DNA from: Anthoceros angustus
Lineage: Eukaryota > Plantae > Anthocerotophyta
Reading direction: 5' to 3'
DNA: 64,000 nt
Assembly (NCBI GenBank): GCA_010909165.1
Contig: VJWM01000238.1
Coordinates: 186,001-250,000, forward strand
The first letter of the stretch is position 1. The number at the start of each line of letters is the position of its first letter. Made by a program: the position numbers and the translations under genes. The notes under the pieces were generated by a model. That model saw only the letters and a list, made by a program, of their open reading frames with translations, did no database searches and was not told where the DNA came from. This document shows, piece by piece, positions 1 to 9,472 of this stretch.

Positions 1-895
1 CCAAGGAGGAGAGCCCCTAGAGCACCTCGTCTTGACAAAGCAGAACCTTCGGAATCTGAACATGCTTGGCGGCTGCTATCCTGTAGAAGAAACTCACTGT
101 CAAGAAGAATAATGTCACCCTGAGAATGAGCAGCGTAAAAGGCAGGTTCACCATTAGGAGTTCAGAGACGCCGTGCATTGTGCTGAATACATGATCCATT
201 TTCTGAAAGAATGGCAGCCATGATATGATGCACACAGTAATTCTGTTATGTCTGCAGCATCATCACTTTGGACCATACCTGAGAAGTGGAGACACGTGAA
301 TGCTTCTTGGACAGCCCCCCAAGCTGGCTTTCTGACCTGATCTTCACACTTTGCTGCTCTGCTTTGCAATGGGGGGAACCGTGGGCAGAGGAAGCAATAC
401 AGAGAGCCGAAGCTGGAGCCACTTGTCGGATGACAGAAGCCATGGATGCCCCAAGTTGGATCTCGATTCACACCAGTTCTTGATCACAAGCACTCCCTTG
501 AAACCCGTCCACAAACTCCTGCCAGCTGAGAAGTTGAACAATGCAGCACGTATAGATCCACAGCTGCTCAAGCAGCTCTTCAGCATTGCAAGAGAGATCA
601 AAGTTCATTTTGATTGGCCCACTCAGAAACCGCAAAACATGAAAAGCAAAGTGGCATACATGCAGTGGCAGGCCAGACAAAGCTGGACACGCCAAGTGTC
701 ACTTGCTGCTACGCTAATAGGTCACTAACAACTAAGACAAATAAGCAGCTCTCTAATCTGATCCCTACGTCACTAGAGGATTAGCACCTTCTTGAACATA
801 GACAAAGTTCAGCTGAGGTACATGCAATCCGCAATGTAAAGGGGAGTTCCTTTCTTCCAACCCATCGTATTAAAGATTGCGGCATGACTGCGGCA

Positions 896-3286
896 TTACC
901 AGTCGTAGACCATGCGAACTTCGACAAGATTGGCATGTGGGACTCGCAAGTCCTCAATACCAGACCTACAGTTGTGCTGCAGAAGGTAGTAGAGCTTGTT
1001 TATCACAAATCTCTTGAACCATCCGCTGCAACTGGCTTTGGGAACCTCCAGCCTGGAAATTCCCTTCACATAGATGGCTCCACTGTTAGCTGCAGTTTGC
1101 AACTCCAGAAGCTCCTCTCCTGCCGAGGAACCATCTGTGTCGACTTCGTGGGTTTCCAAGTAATTCTGCAGGCATTCGATGACCTGCAACATGAATCCCT
1201 TCTCTGCAACATCCACCAGGTCTTTGTACCCGTATCGGGCCACACACCGGTACACTCCAGGCCCGTATCCCACCTTGCCCACAAGGTACCTTTCGCTGGA
1301 GATGACGCTCTTGACAGGGATGAATCTGATGGTGGTGAAGACTAGGATCCGGTGCAAGCTCCGCACATTCTGCACATAGTGAGTGAAGACAGGAGGCGGC
1401 CCCTCCTGCAGCTCGCTGTAGAAGAAGCAGATGCCTGGAACTCTGGTGATGTCGGAAGGTCCGGTCAGGAGACCTCGCAGGTTCTCAGCACTGATTCTGT
1501 GCTGCACCTCGTAGGCATGCTTCTCCCCACGCCCGTAGTTCCAGACACCCATGACTCCCAGGAATGCTGCTGCAATCCCAAAAGGCACCCATCCTCCATG
1601 TGCGAACTTCACCATCACTGATGACAGATAGGTACCTTCGATGCAGCTGAATGTGATGAAGAAGGCCAAAATCAAAGGCCAGGCTGTGTTCCATACCAGG
1701 AGCATGACAATAGACACAAGGGAAGTGGTGATGAGAAGATCAAAGAGCACAGCAACTCCATACGCGTTTGCAATCTTCCCACTGCTCTGGAAACCGCAAA
1801 CCATTGCCAGGCAGAGGACCATGAGCATGTAGTTTGCTGCTGGGCAGTAAATCTGCCCCTCCTCCTTCTCCGACGTATGCTTGATCTCCATTCTTGGAAG
1901 GCAGCCCAAAGCTATGGCTTGCTTGAACACAGAGAATGTGGCCGAAATGAGAGCCTGGCTGGCCACCACTGCTGCTAGTGTTGCCAGGCCGAACACCGGC
2001 CAGTAGACTGCCTTGGGGATGGAATCGTAGAAGGCGTTGTCGATGCTACCGGGATGCTCGATCAAGAAAGCTGTCTGGCCACAGTAAGTGAGGATCAAGG
2101 AAGGGTACACCAGGCAGGTGAACCCAAGCTTGATGGCTTTCTGGTTGAAGTGCCCCAGATCCCAGAACATGGCCTCGGAGCCGGTGATCACAAGAACCAG
2201 CCCAGACAGGACCTTCCATCCATTCACCCCATTTCTCTGAAAGAAGAGAACACCATACCCAGGCCAGACTGCCCGGAACACCGAAGGGTAGAACTTGCAG
2301 ATGTTGTAAAGCCCAATGACCGGATTGCACAAAAACCATGCCACCATAATTGGGGAAAACAAGACAGCAACCCTGGAAGTCCCAAATCTCTGCAGCATGA
2401 ACAACAACAGCAAGATGACAGCAGCAGTCGCTACAATCCAGAGATGAGGCACATTCAGCCCCTTCAGCCCCTCAACAGACGAGATCACAGAAATAGCCGG
2501 CGTCAAAACACCATCGCCCATAATCATGCTGGTGCCCAGACACACCAGACCCAGCAACCCCTTCTGCGCCACCCGGCTCTTCTGGATAAAATTTCGGGCC
2601 TTGGCATGGACAGATCCTGAACTGTCCACCACATCACTATGGTACGTCAGATGGACATCAGAGTCCAAAGGTGTGTATTGCCTTCCTGCAGTCTGCCCGA
2701 TCTTCACTGCCTGGCACAACTTGGAGTAGATGGCAAACGACCCTCCTTCCCCATGATCATCAGCCCGGAGCACAATGAATACGTACTTGAGCAACGGGAT
2801 CAACGTCAGAGTCCAGAACATGATACACATTGCTCCCAGAAAATCATCCTTTCCCGGGTCCTCCAGCTTCGTGGACGCGTATACGTACAAGGGAGACGTC
2901 CCGATGTCTCCATACACCACTCCCAGAGTCTGGAATGCGAGCACAGCAATCTGCCACCTACTGTAGAGCTGCCGCTCCTTGTGGTGTGGTTGCAACCGGT
3001 GTGCGAACTGTAAATCCGTGTCGCATCTCTTGATGCTGTACCCGTCTTGCCTGCCGTCGGACCCGATGACCATGTGATTGTCTTGGCTGAATGTCTCCTC
3101 CTCCTCCGCAAACGCAGTCTTTTGTCCTTCCAAATCCTCGACAGCTTCACATTCGGGCTCCTCGATCTGCTCCATGCCTAACGCATATTCCTGTATCTCG
3201 CAACCCATGGCAGCCGCCGCCATCCGCAGGCTCAGAGAGTAAGAATCCGGCGGCTCCACATCCTCGGATGCCAATGCTTCACCCAT
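896..3286 (-). CDS. KUP: KUP/HAK/KT family K+ transporter, single exon, ~796 aa from the first ATG (the ORF-track start at 3352 is a TTG)
   Basis: Uninterrupted ORF with family signatures FQTLGVVYGDIGTSPLYVY, DDHGEGG, GDGVLTPAISV.SSVEGL, GSEAMFWDLGHF (canonical GxEAMFADLGHF), SQALISATFS, GQIYCP..NY, GGWVP and C-terminal RVPG.C.FY / YRCVARYGYKD. Hydrophobic TM core. Confidence 0.96.
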   Translation of the reverse strand: MGEALASEDVEPPDSYSLSLRMAAAAMGCEIQEYALGMEQIEEPECEAVEDLEGQKTAFAEEEETFSQDNHMVIGSDGRQDGYSIKRCDTDLQFAHRLQPHHKERQLYSRWQIAVLAFQTLGVVYGDIGTSPLYVYASTKLEDPGKDDFLGAMCIMFWTLTLIPLLKYVFIVLRADDHGEGGSFAIYSKLCQAVKIGQTAGRQYTPLDSDVHLTYHSDVVDSSGSVHAKARNFIQKSRVAQKGLLGLVCLGTSMIMGDGVLTPAISVISSVEGLKGLNVPHLWIVATAAVILLLLFMLQRFGTSRVAVLFSPIMVAWFLCNPVIGLYNICKFYPSVFRAVWPGYGVLFFQRNGVNGWKVLSGLVLVITGSEAMFWDLGHFNQKAIKLGFTCLVYPSLILTYCGQTAFLIEHPGSIDNAFYDSIPKAVYWPVFGLATLAAVVASQALISATFSVFKQAIALGCLPRMEIKHTSEKEEGQIYCPAANYMLMVLCLAMVCGFQSSGKIANAYGVAVLFDLLITTSLVSIVMLLVWNTAWPLILAFFITFSCIEGTYLSSVMVKFAHGGWVPFGIAAAFLGVMGVWNYGRGEKHAYEVQHRISAENLRGLLTGPSDITRVPGICFFYSELQEGPPPVFTHYVQNVRSLHRILVFTTIRFIPVKSVISSERYLVGKVGYGPGVYRCVARYGYKDLVDVAEKGFMLQVIECLQNYLETHEVDTDGSSAGEELLELQTAANSGAIYVKGISRLEVPKASCSGWFKRFVINKLYYLLQHNCRSGIEDLRVPHANLVEVRMVYDW

Positions 3287-3682
3287 GACGATTTCACAAA
3301 TCTCACGACCTCGCTGCAGTTCTCGGGCCGAGACTGGAAGCGATTTTGACAATCACACGACCTCGGTGGATTTTTCGTACATGGATCGGAAGGCTGAAAG
3401 CCATACATATATAGCTCATCCCCTTCAACGTTTCGAGATCCCAGCCGCCTTGCATGTATGTATCGATCATTTCAACTTGTACTACACCCTAACTTCGACA
3501 TACGAATTCGTTTTTATCGAGGAAAGAGGAGATGGCTAAAGAACATCAAAATGAAAGTGAGACCTCAAAGATTTCATTGCTACTAAGCTCCATGTCTAAA
3601 GTCACCTACAGCCTTACAATGTCATAATAGATTGAATGGCCTAGATATTACTCAACAAGCATTTTGAGTAGTTATAGACTGT

Positions 3683-3771
3683 CCGTAAGATAGCCCTTCC
3701 CAAGTACCTTTGTAGGGCAATGAACATGCGCAGCCGTAAGATAGCCCCTCCAAGTGGCAGGTCAATGAACA
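3683..3771. repeat. Degenerate ~51-bp direct duplication upstream of the KUP gene
   Basis: ccgtaagatagccc(t)tcc(c)aagt...caatgaaca occurs at ~3683 and ~3734. Confidence 0.75.
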
Positions 3772-4920
3772 CCCGCTGCCTGCCGATCGGGACAGACTTC
3801 AATAGTAATTATAGAATTATTTTAATATTATTGAAAGATTGATAGTCACTAAAATTGATTGATTATTGAAGTTCCAGAAGTTTAGAGGGTTGCTCTTCCT
3901 TGCTGGGACCCTTGGGATCTCCCTGTCATGTCTTATAGTAGATGAGTTCACGCGTCTTCTCTTTCCCCAAATTCCAAAATATAATAATCTATCCATAAAT
4001 ATATATAAAAATTAAAAAGGACTCTAACTTCCCTAGACTCAAGTCCTCAAACGAAAGATTGAAAGGAGATGCAACACAAAGAAATGGAAGGCGAAACACG
4101 AAATGGGAGACGAGCCACTAGACACGGTCGGCTATGTAGTTCCTAAATCAATAATTAAACTACTAAAATTTTTGCCCAACTTTGGACCCAGCCCGCTTCT
4201 TGCGCCGACCCGGCCCGCTCCTCCCGCGGACTCTTAATTGGGGCGGCAGTTTCTTTCACCGCCCGGTTACGAAGCTAATGGCGCCGTGAGCCATAGTTTC
4301 CTACAGTTTTCCTTACTTAGGAAAGTCCAAAACCTACTGCGCACTCCTGGCCTTGGTGTGGTTTGCATTGTGAAATGCCCATGATAGTCTGCAGGGCATA
4401 GGGAACATGGTAAGGTTTTAGTGAAGGGCATGTGAGAGCATTAGAATTGTGTTGGGAACCCCTTATCCACACACAATCCCATCAGATATATAGACACTAT
4501 ACTTCATTGTAATTTTTTTATTCGTAATGAGTGGAGTTTTGGAGCAATTATCATCTAGGAAGCCGAAGAGGGAATGGTGGAAGTTTCCTCGGCAAATCAC
4601 ATTATGGAAAGATATTCATATGCGAGCATGGCATAGAAATGGAGCTAAGGTGCGGGATGCACCTGCACCTGCACCCGGGTGCGGGTGCTAATTTGCATGT
4701 AGAATGTCATATCCTAACTTTTTGGTTTTGGTTGATATGCTACGCCCGTACATGCTTCGCACATCTATTAGGGAGTCTTTCAACACCAACATGCAGTTGC
4801 CATGGTCCTCCATCATCTTGCTAGGGGGTTGCCGCCTCATATTGTTGCAAATATGTATGGGGTAGGAGCTTCGACTGTGGCTCAATACACTATTATGATT
4901 TCAGAGATATTAAGCAATCA

Positions 4921-5770
4921 GGAAAAGTTATTTCCCACATTGGTTCATTGGCCTACATAGATGGAATTAGAGCAAACAACATTGAAGTTCATGCAACTCA
5001 TATGTCTTCCCAATATGGTTGGATCTATAGATGGTTCTCACATCAAGCTGGTTGCACAGCCTAACATGATAGATAACCCGGTTGCATATTGGTGTCGCCA
5101 TGCATACTGATGTCGCCATGATATTCATTCTTTTGTCTTACAACCATATGTGATGCTGACAAAAAAAATCATTAATGTTGCACTCATCCTGGTGGAGTTC
5201 ATGATGCTCAAATTCTTAGAAAAAGTAGCATATGGGAGAAGATAAAGGCATGTGTTATTTTAACAGACCCGTTCTATAAATCGAGAATGTTGAAATAACT
5301 CCTTATATTTTAGGTGCTAGTGCATATCCATTAATGTCTTTCCTTATGAAACCGCTTCATGCAACAGGGGAAGATCGCATGAAAAAACTCTTCAACCGGT
5401 TTTTGCGAAGGGGCAGCGTGAAGGTGGAGAATGCCTTTGCACTGCTGAAGAATAAATGGCGTATTCTGAAGAATCTTAATGCTCGTTACCCATTCTACAA
5501 ATCGTGAATGTTGAAATACTTACTTATATTTTAGGTGACAGTGCACATCCATTAATGCCTTTCCTTATGAAATTGTTTCATGCAACAGGGGAAGATCGCA
5601 CTAAAAACCTCTTCAACAGGTCTTTGCGAAGGGGTAGAGTGACGGTGGAGAATGCCTTTGCACTCCTGAAGAATAAATGGCGTATTCTGAAGAATCTTAA
5701 TGTTCGTTTGAAGTATGCCCCGCAAGTCGTCATAGCTTTTTGTGCACTTCATAATTTTTGTATACAAGTT
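4921..5770 (+). pseudogene. PIF/Harbinger DDE transposase remnant (frameshifts and stops; C-terminal part tandemly duplicated)
   Basis: Across frames: LPNMVGSIDGSHIKL (~5010-5050), YWCRH..HSFVLQ..CDADKK, HPGGVHDAQILRKS (~5185-5225), then two copies of LG(A/D)SA(Y/H)PLM.FLMK...FNR.LRRG.V.VENAFALLKNKWRIL (~5310-5480 and ~5530-5700) and ALHNFC. These match Harbinger DDE_Tnp_4 motifs. Confidence 0.88.
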
Positions 5771-5990
5771 TCTATCAGGACCATTGTTGCTTCTTCGCTC
5801 CACATGAGGTTGGTGTCGCGCTTTAATCTGGCCTTGGCATGTTGCTCCTCTAAGCCTGCAACGAGGTCATCCTCTTGGTCTTCAAAGGCTTCTCCATTCT
5901 CCACAGTGGTGAGATGTCCCTTGCTTGTCTGGTAAAGTCTTTGTACATATTGATTGCCTCATCCATGATTGAGCAGTAGTGTTGATTCCT

Positions 5991-6203
5991 CATGTTTTTC
6001 GATTTCACGCAAGAGAATATGTGGAGGAGTTTTGGGAGAAGGCAACGCGAGAGGTCATCGCCATGTTTTTCGATTTCACGCAAGAGAATATGTGGAGGAG
6101 TTTTGGGAGAAGGCGACGCGAGAGGTCATCGCCATGTTTTTCGATTTCACGCAAGAGAATATGTGGAGGAGTTTTGGGAGAAGGCGACGCGAGAGGTCAT
6201 CGC
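5991..6203. repeat. 71-bp tandem repeat, 3 near-identical copies
   Basis: Unit catgtttttcgatttcacgcaagagaatatgtggaggagttttgggagaaggc(a/g)acgcgagaggtcatcgc starts at 5991, 6062 and 6133, with no spacers. Confidence 0.97.
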
Positions 6204-7849
6204 CAGTCACTCTTTTGCGGAGCCCTAAATTAGATCATTATTCATGATTATTAATTATGATTATAAAAAAACAGGTATATGATGGAACCAGGACAAGCCA
6301 TTTGGACTATCCTGATGGCTAATTATGGAACACTGCGGACTCACCGTGGGCAGAGTTTGATGTGTGAGCTCTTGCAAAGAAAGCTTTTAGGGGTACTTCT
6401 TTCACAGGCGCAGTGCCTTGGAACTGCCATTGTGAAAGGCCCCTGGGGCGGAGAAAAAGGTCTGCGGCGGCAGCGGAAGCCGCATTCGGTTCTGGGTTCG
6501 GTTGAAAAGAGAGGTCGTGAGACGGTGGGTTGCCAGCAAAACCCTAACTTCGCAAATATATTGAACAAGGGGCCTACGGACGGAAGGAAAGAAAGAAAGA
6601 AGGGAGCAAAGAAACAAGCAAAGTAGGCTCACATCAGTACACATCCCGCGGCGTGTGGGCACCAATGTGGGCTCATTCCACCGCCACAGCAGCGTGGAGG
6701 CCAGCATTCTCTAAGAAGCACAAAACGCCAGAAAGGAACGGTGGCAGGTGAAAGAAGGCAGTAAAGTGAGGGAATCGGAGGAAGATGGACAGAAGCTGCG
6801 AAGTGGCTTGTAACTGGAGTATCGAGGGGATCAGGGTTCGGGAATCGACTGTTGCGATGGACCGGAGCCGACGATGCAATTGGCGAAGGAGATGCATTTT
6901 TACAGAAACCTTCCACATGGCGACGAAATTAGGGTCAAGCGATGGACAACGTGCGATGATTCCCACTGGCTGATGCGTGGGGACTGGGGGAGGAAGGGTG
7001 TGAGACCAAACTTGTGCAATATCTAGGTCCACCTAGTCGAATCCTGGGGTTTCGTTGATCTGCCGCGGCAACTGCAGCAATTGGCTGATTAAGAGCCTCC
7101 AGGCCTGGCACCTGTCCCCTAGGTTAAAGTGCAGTGAAGCGGTTGGGACTTGGAAGGTCAAATGATGTACTGCACCAAGCTTTGTCCTCTTCACAGCCTG
7201 CTGCTTATTACTCTAAGCTGCCTGGAGCGCGTCGCGCGTACTGGTTTCTAGCGTGTTATGTGCCTCCTGATAGCGTGCTTCTTCTTCCGGTCTGTCTACA
7301 TGTGCCAGCAGAGTCACATCTTCCAAGCTTTCTTGTTGGGCGAGGACCTGCAGTTTCAAGAACCGCGGAGCGGTTCTCCTTAGTACACATTGCTGCAACG
7401 GTTATGGTTGTTTCAAGCACCTTGTCAACTTCCAGTTTTTTTAATTGCTCCTAATCATAGCATCCTCCATTTCGATTCTCGAGATGGTACCATGTACGAG
7501 TCACCTTCTTCATGCCCCAATACTTCCTCCCTGTTCAAAGCCAATGTTTTCAACATGAAGCCAATGTTTTCAACATGATATTTTGTCTCTTAGGAATTTA
7601 AGCTGCCCTTGACAGTTGATGCCCTTTTGGCACCTAGTTGTGCTGACAATTTCATATCTCAAGAGAATGAGAGAAGAACAAACATACTATCGGGCAATTA
7701 CTTCATAAAATATCATTTAACGAGTTTCAGACAAGGCTACACATAATCCAATGGAACTTCCATGAATCAAAAATATGAAACGAGATGAAGGTCAATGGGT
7801 CACCCGTTCAATTAGCTTGTGTAGCTGAGAGACGGAACCACGTAACTTT

Positions 7850-8021
7850 AGTATGAAAAAGATAAGTTCTTCTTTTAATCACGAGAGAAAACAAGTATGA
7901 AAAAGATAAGTTCTTCTTTTAATCACGAGAGAAAACAAGTATGAAAAAGATAAGTTCTTCTTTTAATCACGAGAGAAAACAAGTATGAAAAAGATAAGTT
8001 CTTCTTTTAATCACGAGAGAA
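7850..8021. repeat. 44-bp tandem repeat, ~4 copies (expanded in the first copy of the 700-bp duplication only)
   Basis: agtatgaaaaagataagttcttcttttaatcacgagagaaaaca starts at 7850, 7894, 7938 and 7982. Confidence 0.97.
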
Positions 8022-8731
8022 AAAAAATATCCGACCATGCATTCACTTTGATAATTTCCTCATTAACTGCTGAGGATGTTGCTCAATTGGTAGGGCAATT
8101 ACTTTACACCCCCGGCATTTCTATAGTCTTTTGTCAAGTTCAAAGAAAAATGGAGATTGTTTTCTGTCTTCATTCATACTAGAAGAAAATATATATGCTT
8201 TTAAAATATATTTATTTACTCTTACTATAATTTTACATATGTTTGTTGTCCTTTACTCCAATATTTTCTACACAATGTTCTTGTCTCTTAGGAATTTAAG
8301 ATGCCCTTTCCTTTCCTCTTGACAGTTGATGCCTTGTTGTCAGTTAGTTGTGCTGACAATTAAATATTGCAAGAGAACGAGACAAGAACATATATTAGTT
8401 CGTGTATATGAGATATGACAAAATAGAATATCATTTAACACTTCAACATGACAAGACCACGGAAGCATCACGAAATTCGGACAAGGTCACACACAATTTA
8501 AAGCATAGTGCAATGGAAGTTCAATTAATCAAAGCTATGAAACGAGATGAAAGTTAGTGGGTCATCCGTTCAATTAGCTTTTGTAGTTGAGAGACTAGGT
8601 ACATAACTTCAATATACAAAAGATAAGTTCTTCTTTTAATCATGAGAGAAAACATATACTACCATGCACCGACTTTGAAAATATGGGTAAGGTTGTTGTC
8701 AACACAGCAACAACCTTGTTATTAAATGTTG

Positions 8732-8767
8732 AGGGATGTAGCTCAATTGGTAGAGCAAGTGCTTTAC
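8732..8767 (+). other. tRNA-like 5' half (A-box/D-arm plus a TAC anticodon-like loop); no complete tRNA. A more decayed copy lies at ~8072-8108
   Basis: agggatgtagctcaattggtagagcaagtgctttac resembles tRNA positions ~1-36 (TAGCTCAATTGGTAGAGC). No T-arm or acceptor 3' strand is recognisable. Confidence 0.4.
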
Positions 8768-9472
8768 GGGCAAGTGCTTTACAACTCCGGCATTTCTATA
8801 GTCTTGTATAGTGTTCAAAGAAAAATGGAGATTTGATTTTTTTTTAATCTTCATTCATGCTACACTTCAAATTTAATGCATTAAAGTAAAAAGAAGAAAA
8901 ATTCTTTTATAATTTTACACATTTGTGATGTCCTGTACTCCAAGCCACCTTGCAACAAATCTGGAGATGAAAGGATGTAATGCTGTCGGCCTTTTTTAAG
9001 TGCAAGTGGTCAGATCCTCCCTTCCCAACAAATGCTAGTGGTCAAAAGAGTGCAAGTGGCCATATGGCCATATCCTGCGTTTTTCTACAAATGCGAGTGG
9101 CCAATTTCCATCTGTGGCCGTGCTCGTTATAGCTGGACACCTTTTCGGAATGGTGTGGACGATCCCGCTGTCGCGAAATACAACCAGCTTCTTACCTTTT
9201 ATATCTGGGGCGTCGGCGACTGGGAGGTTCGGTGGACAAAGAACTATAATCAAATTCCCGCCCATATCCCGAAAAAATTCTACTTTATGAATCTACTTTG
9301 AGTTCAGGGTCTAGCAGATCCATAACGACAATTTGTCCTAGACAAGAATGCGCTCAGGGTTATATTACAGAGCATTGTCCTAACGTGGTTTGTTGCAGCA
9401 GCTGAGGCAGCCCTGGATGTCTTCCCTCTGTCTACTTTCGAGGTGCTGATGTTGGAGATGGTGAAAGTCATG

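Larger units (their letters stand above)
7582..8940. repeat. Old ~700-bp tandem duplication (two diverged copies, ~7582-8280 and ~8281-8940)
   Basis: Collinear shared blocks in both halves: ttgtctcttaggaatttaag, ttgacagttgatgcc, tagttgtgctgacaatt, atgaaacgagatgaa, cgttcaattagctt, aaaagataagttcttcttttaatca, gctcaattggtag, ccggcatttctatagtc, gttcaaagaaaaatggagatt. Confidence 0.9.

Noticed and set aside
1-750. Short ORFs at the window start
   Set aside because: No recognisable motif; may be UTR or a fragment of a gene outside the window.
2054-3013. Plus-strand ORFs 2054-2620 and 2639-3013
   Set aside because: Antisense shadows of the KUP coding sequence.
4664-4689. Imperfect palindrome gcacctgcacccgggtgcgggtgc
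   Set aside because: Too short and isolated to call a MITE or TIR; no partner end was identified.
5991-6203. 71-bp and 44-bp (7850-8021) repeat arrays as CRISPR-like arrays
   Set aside because: Units are directly adjacent with no unique spacers, there are no cas genes, and the context is eukaryotic.
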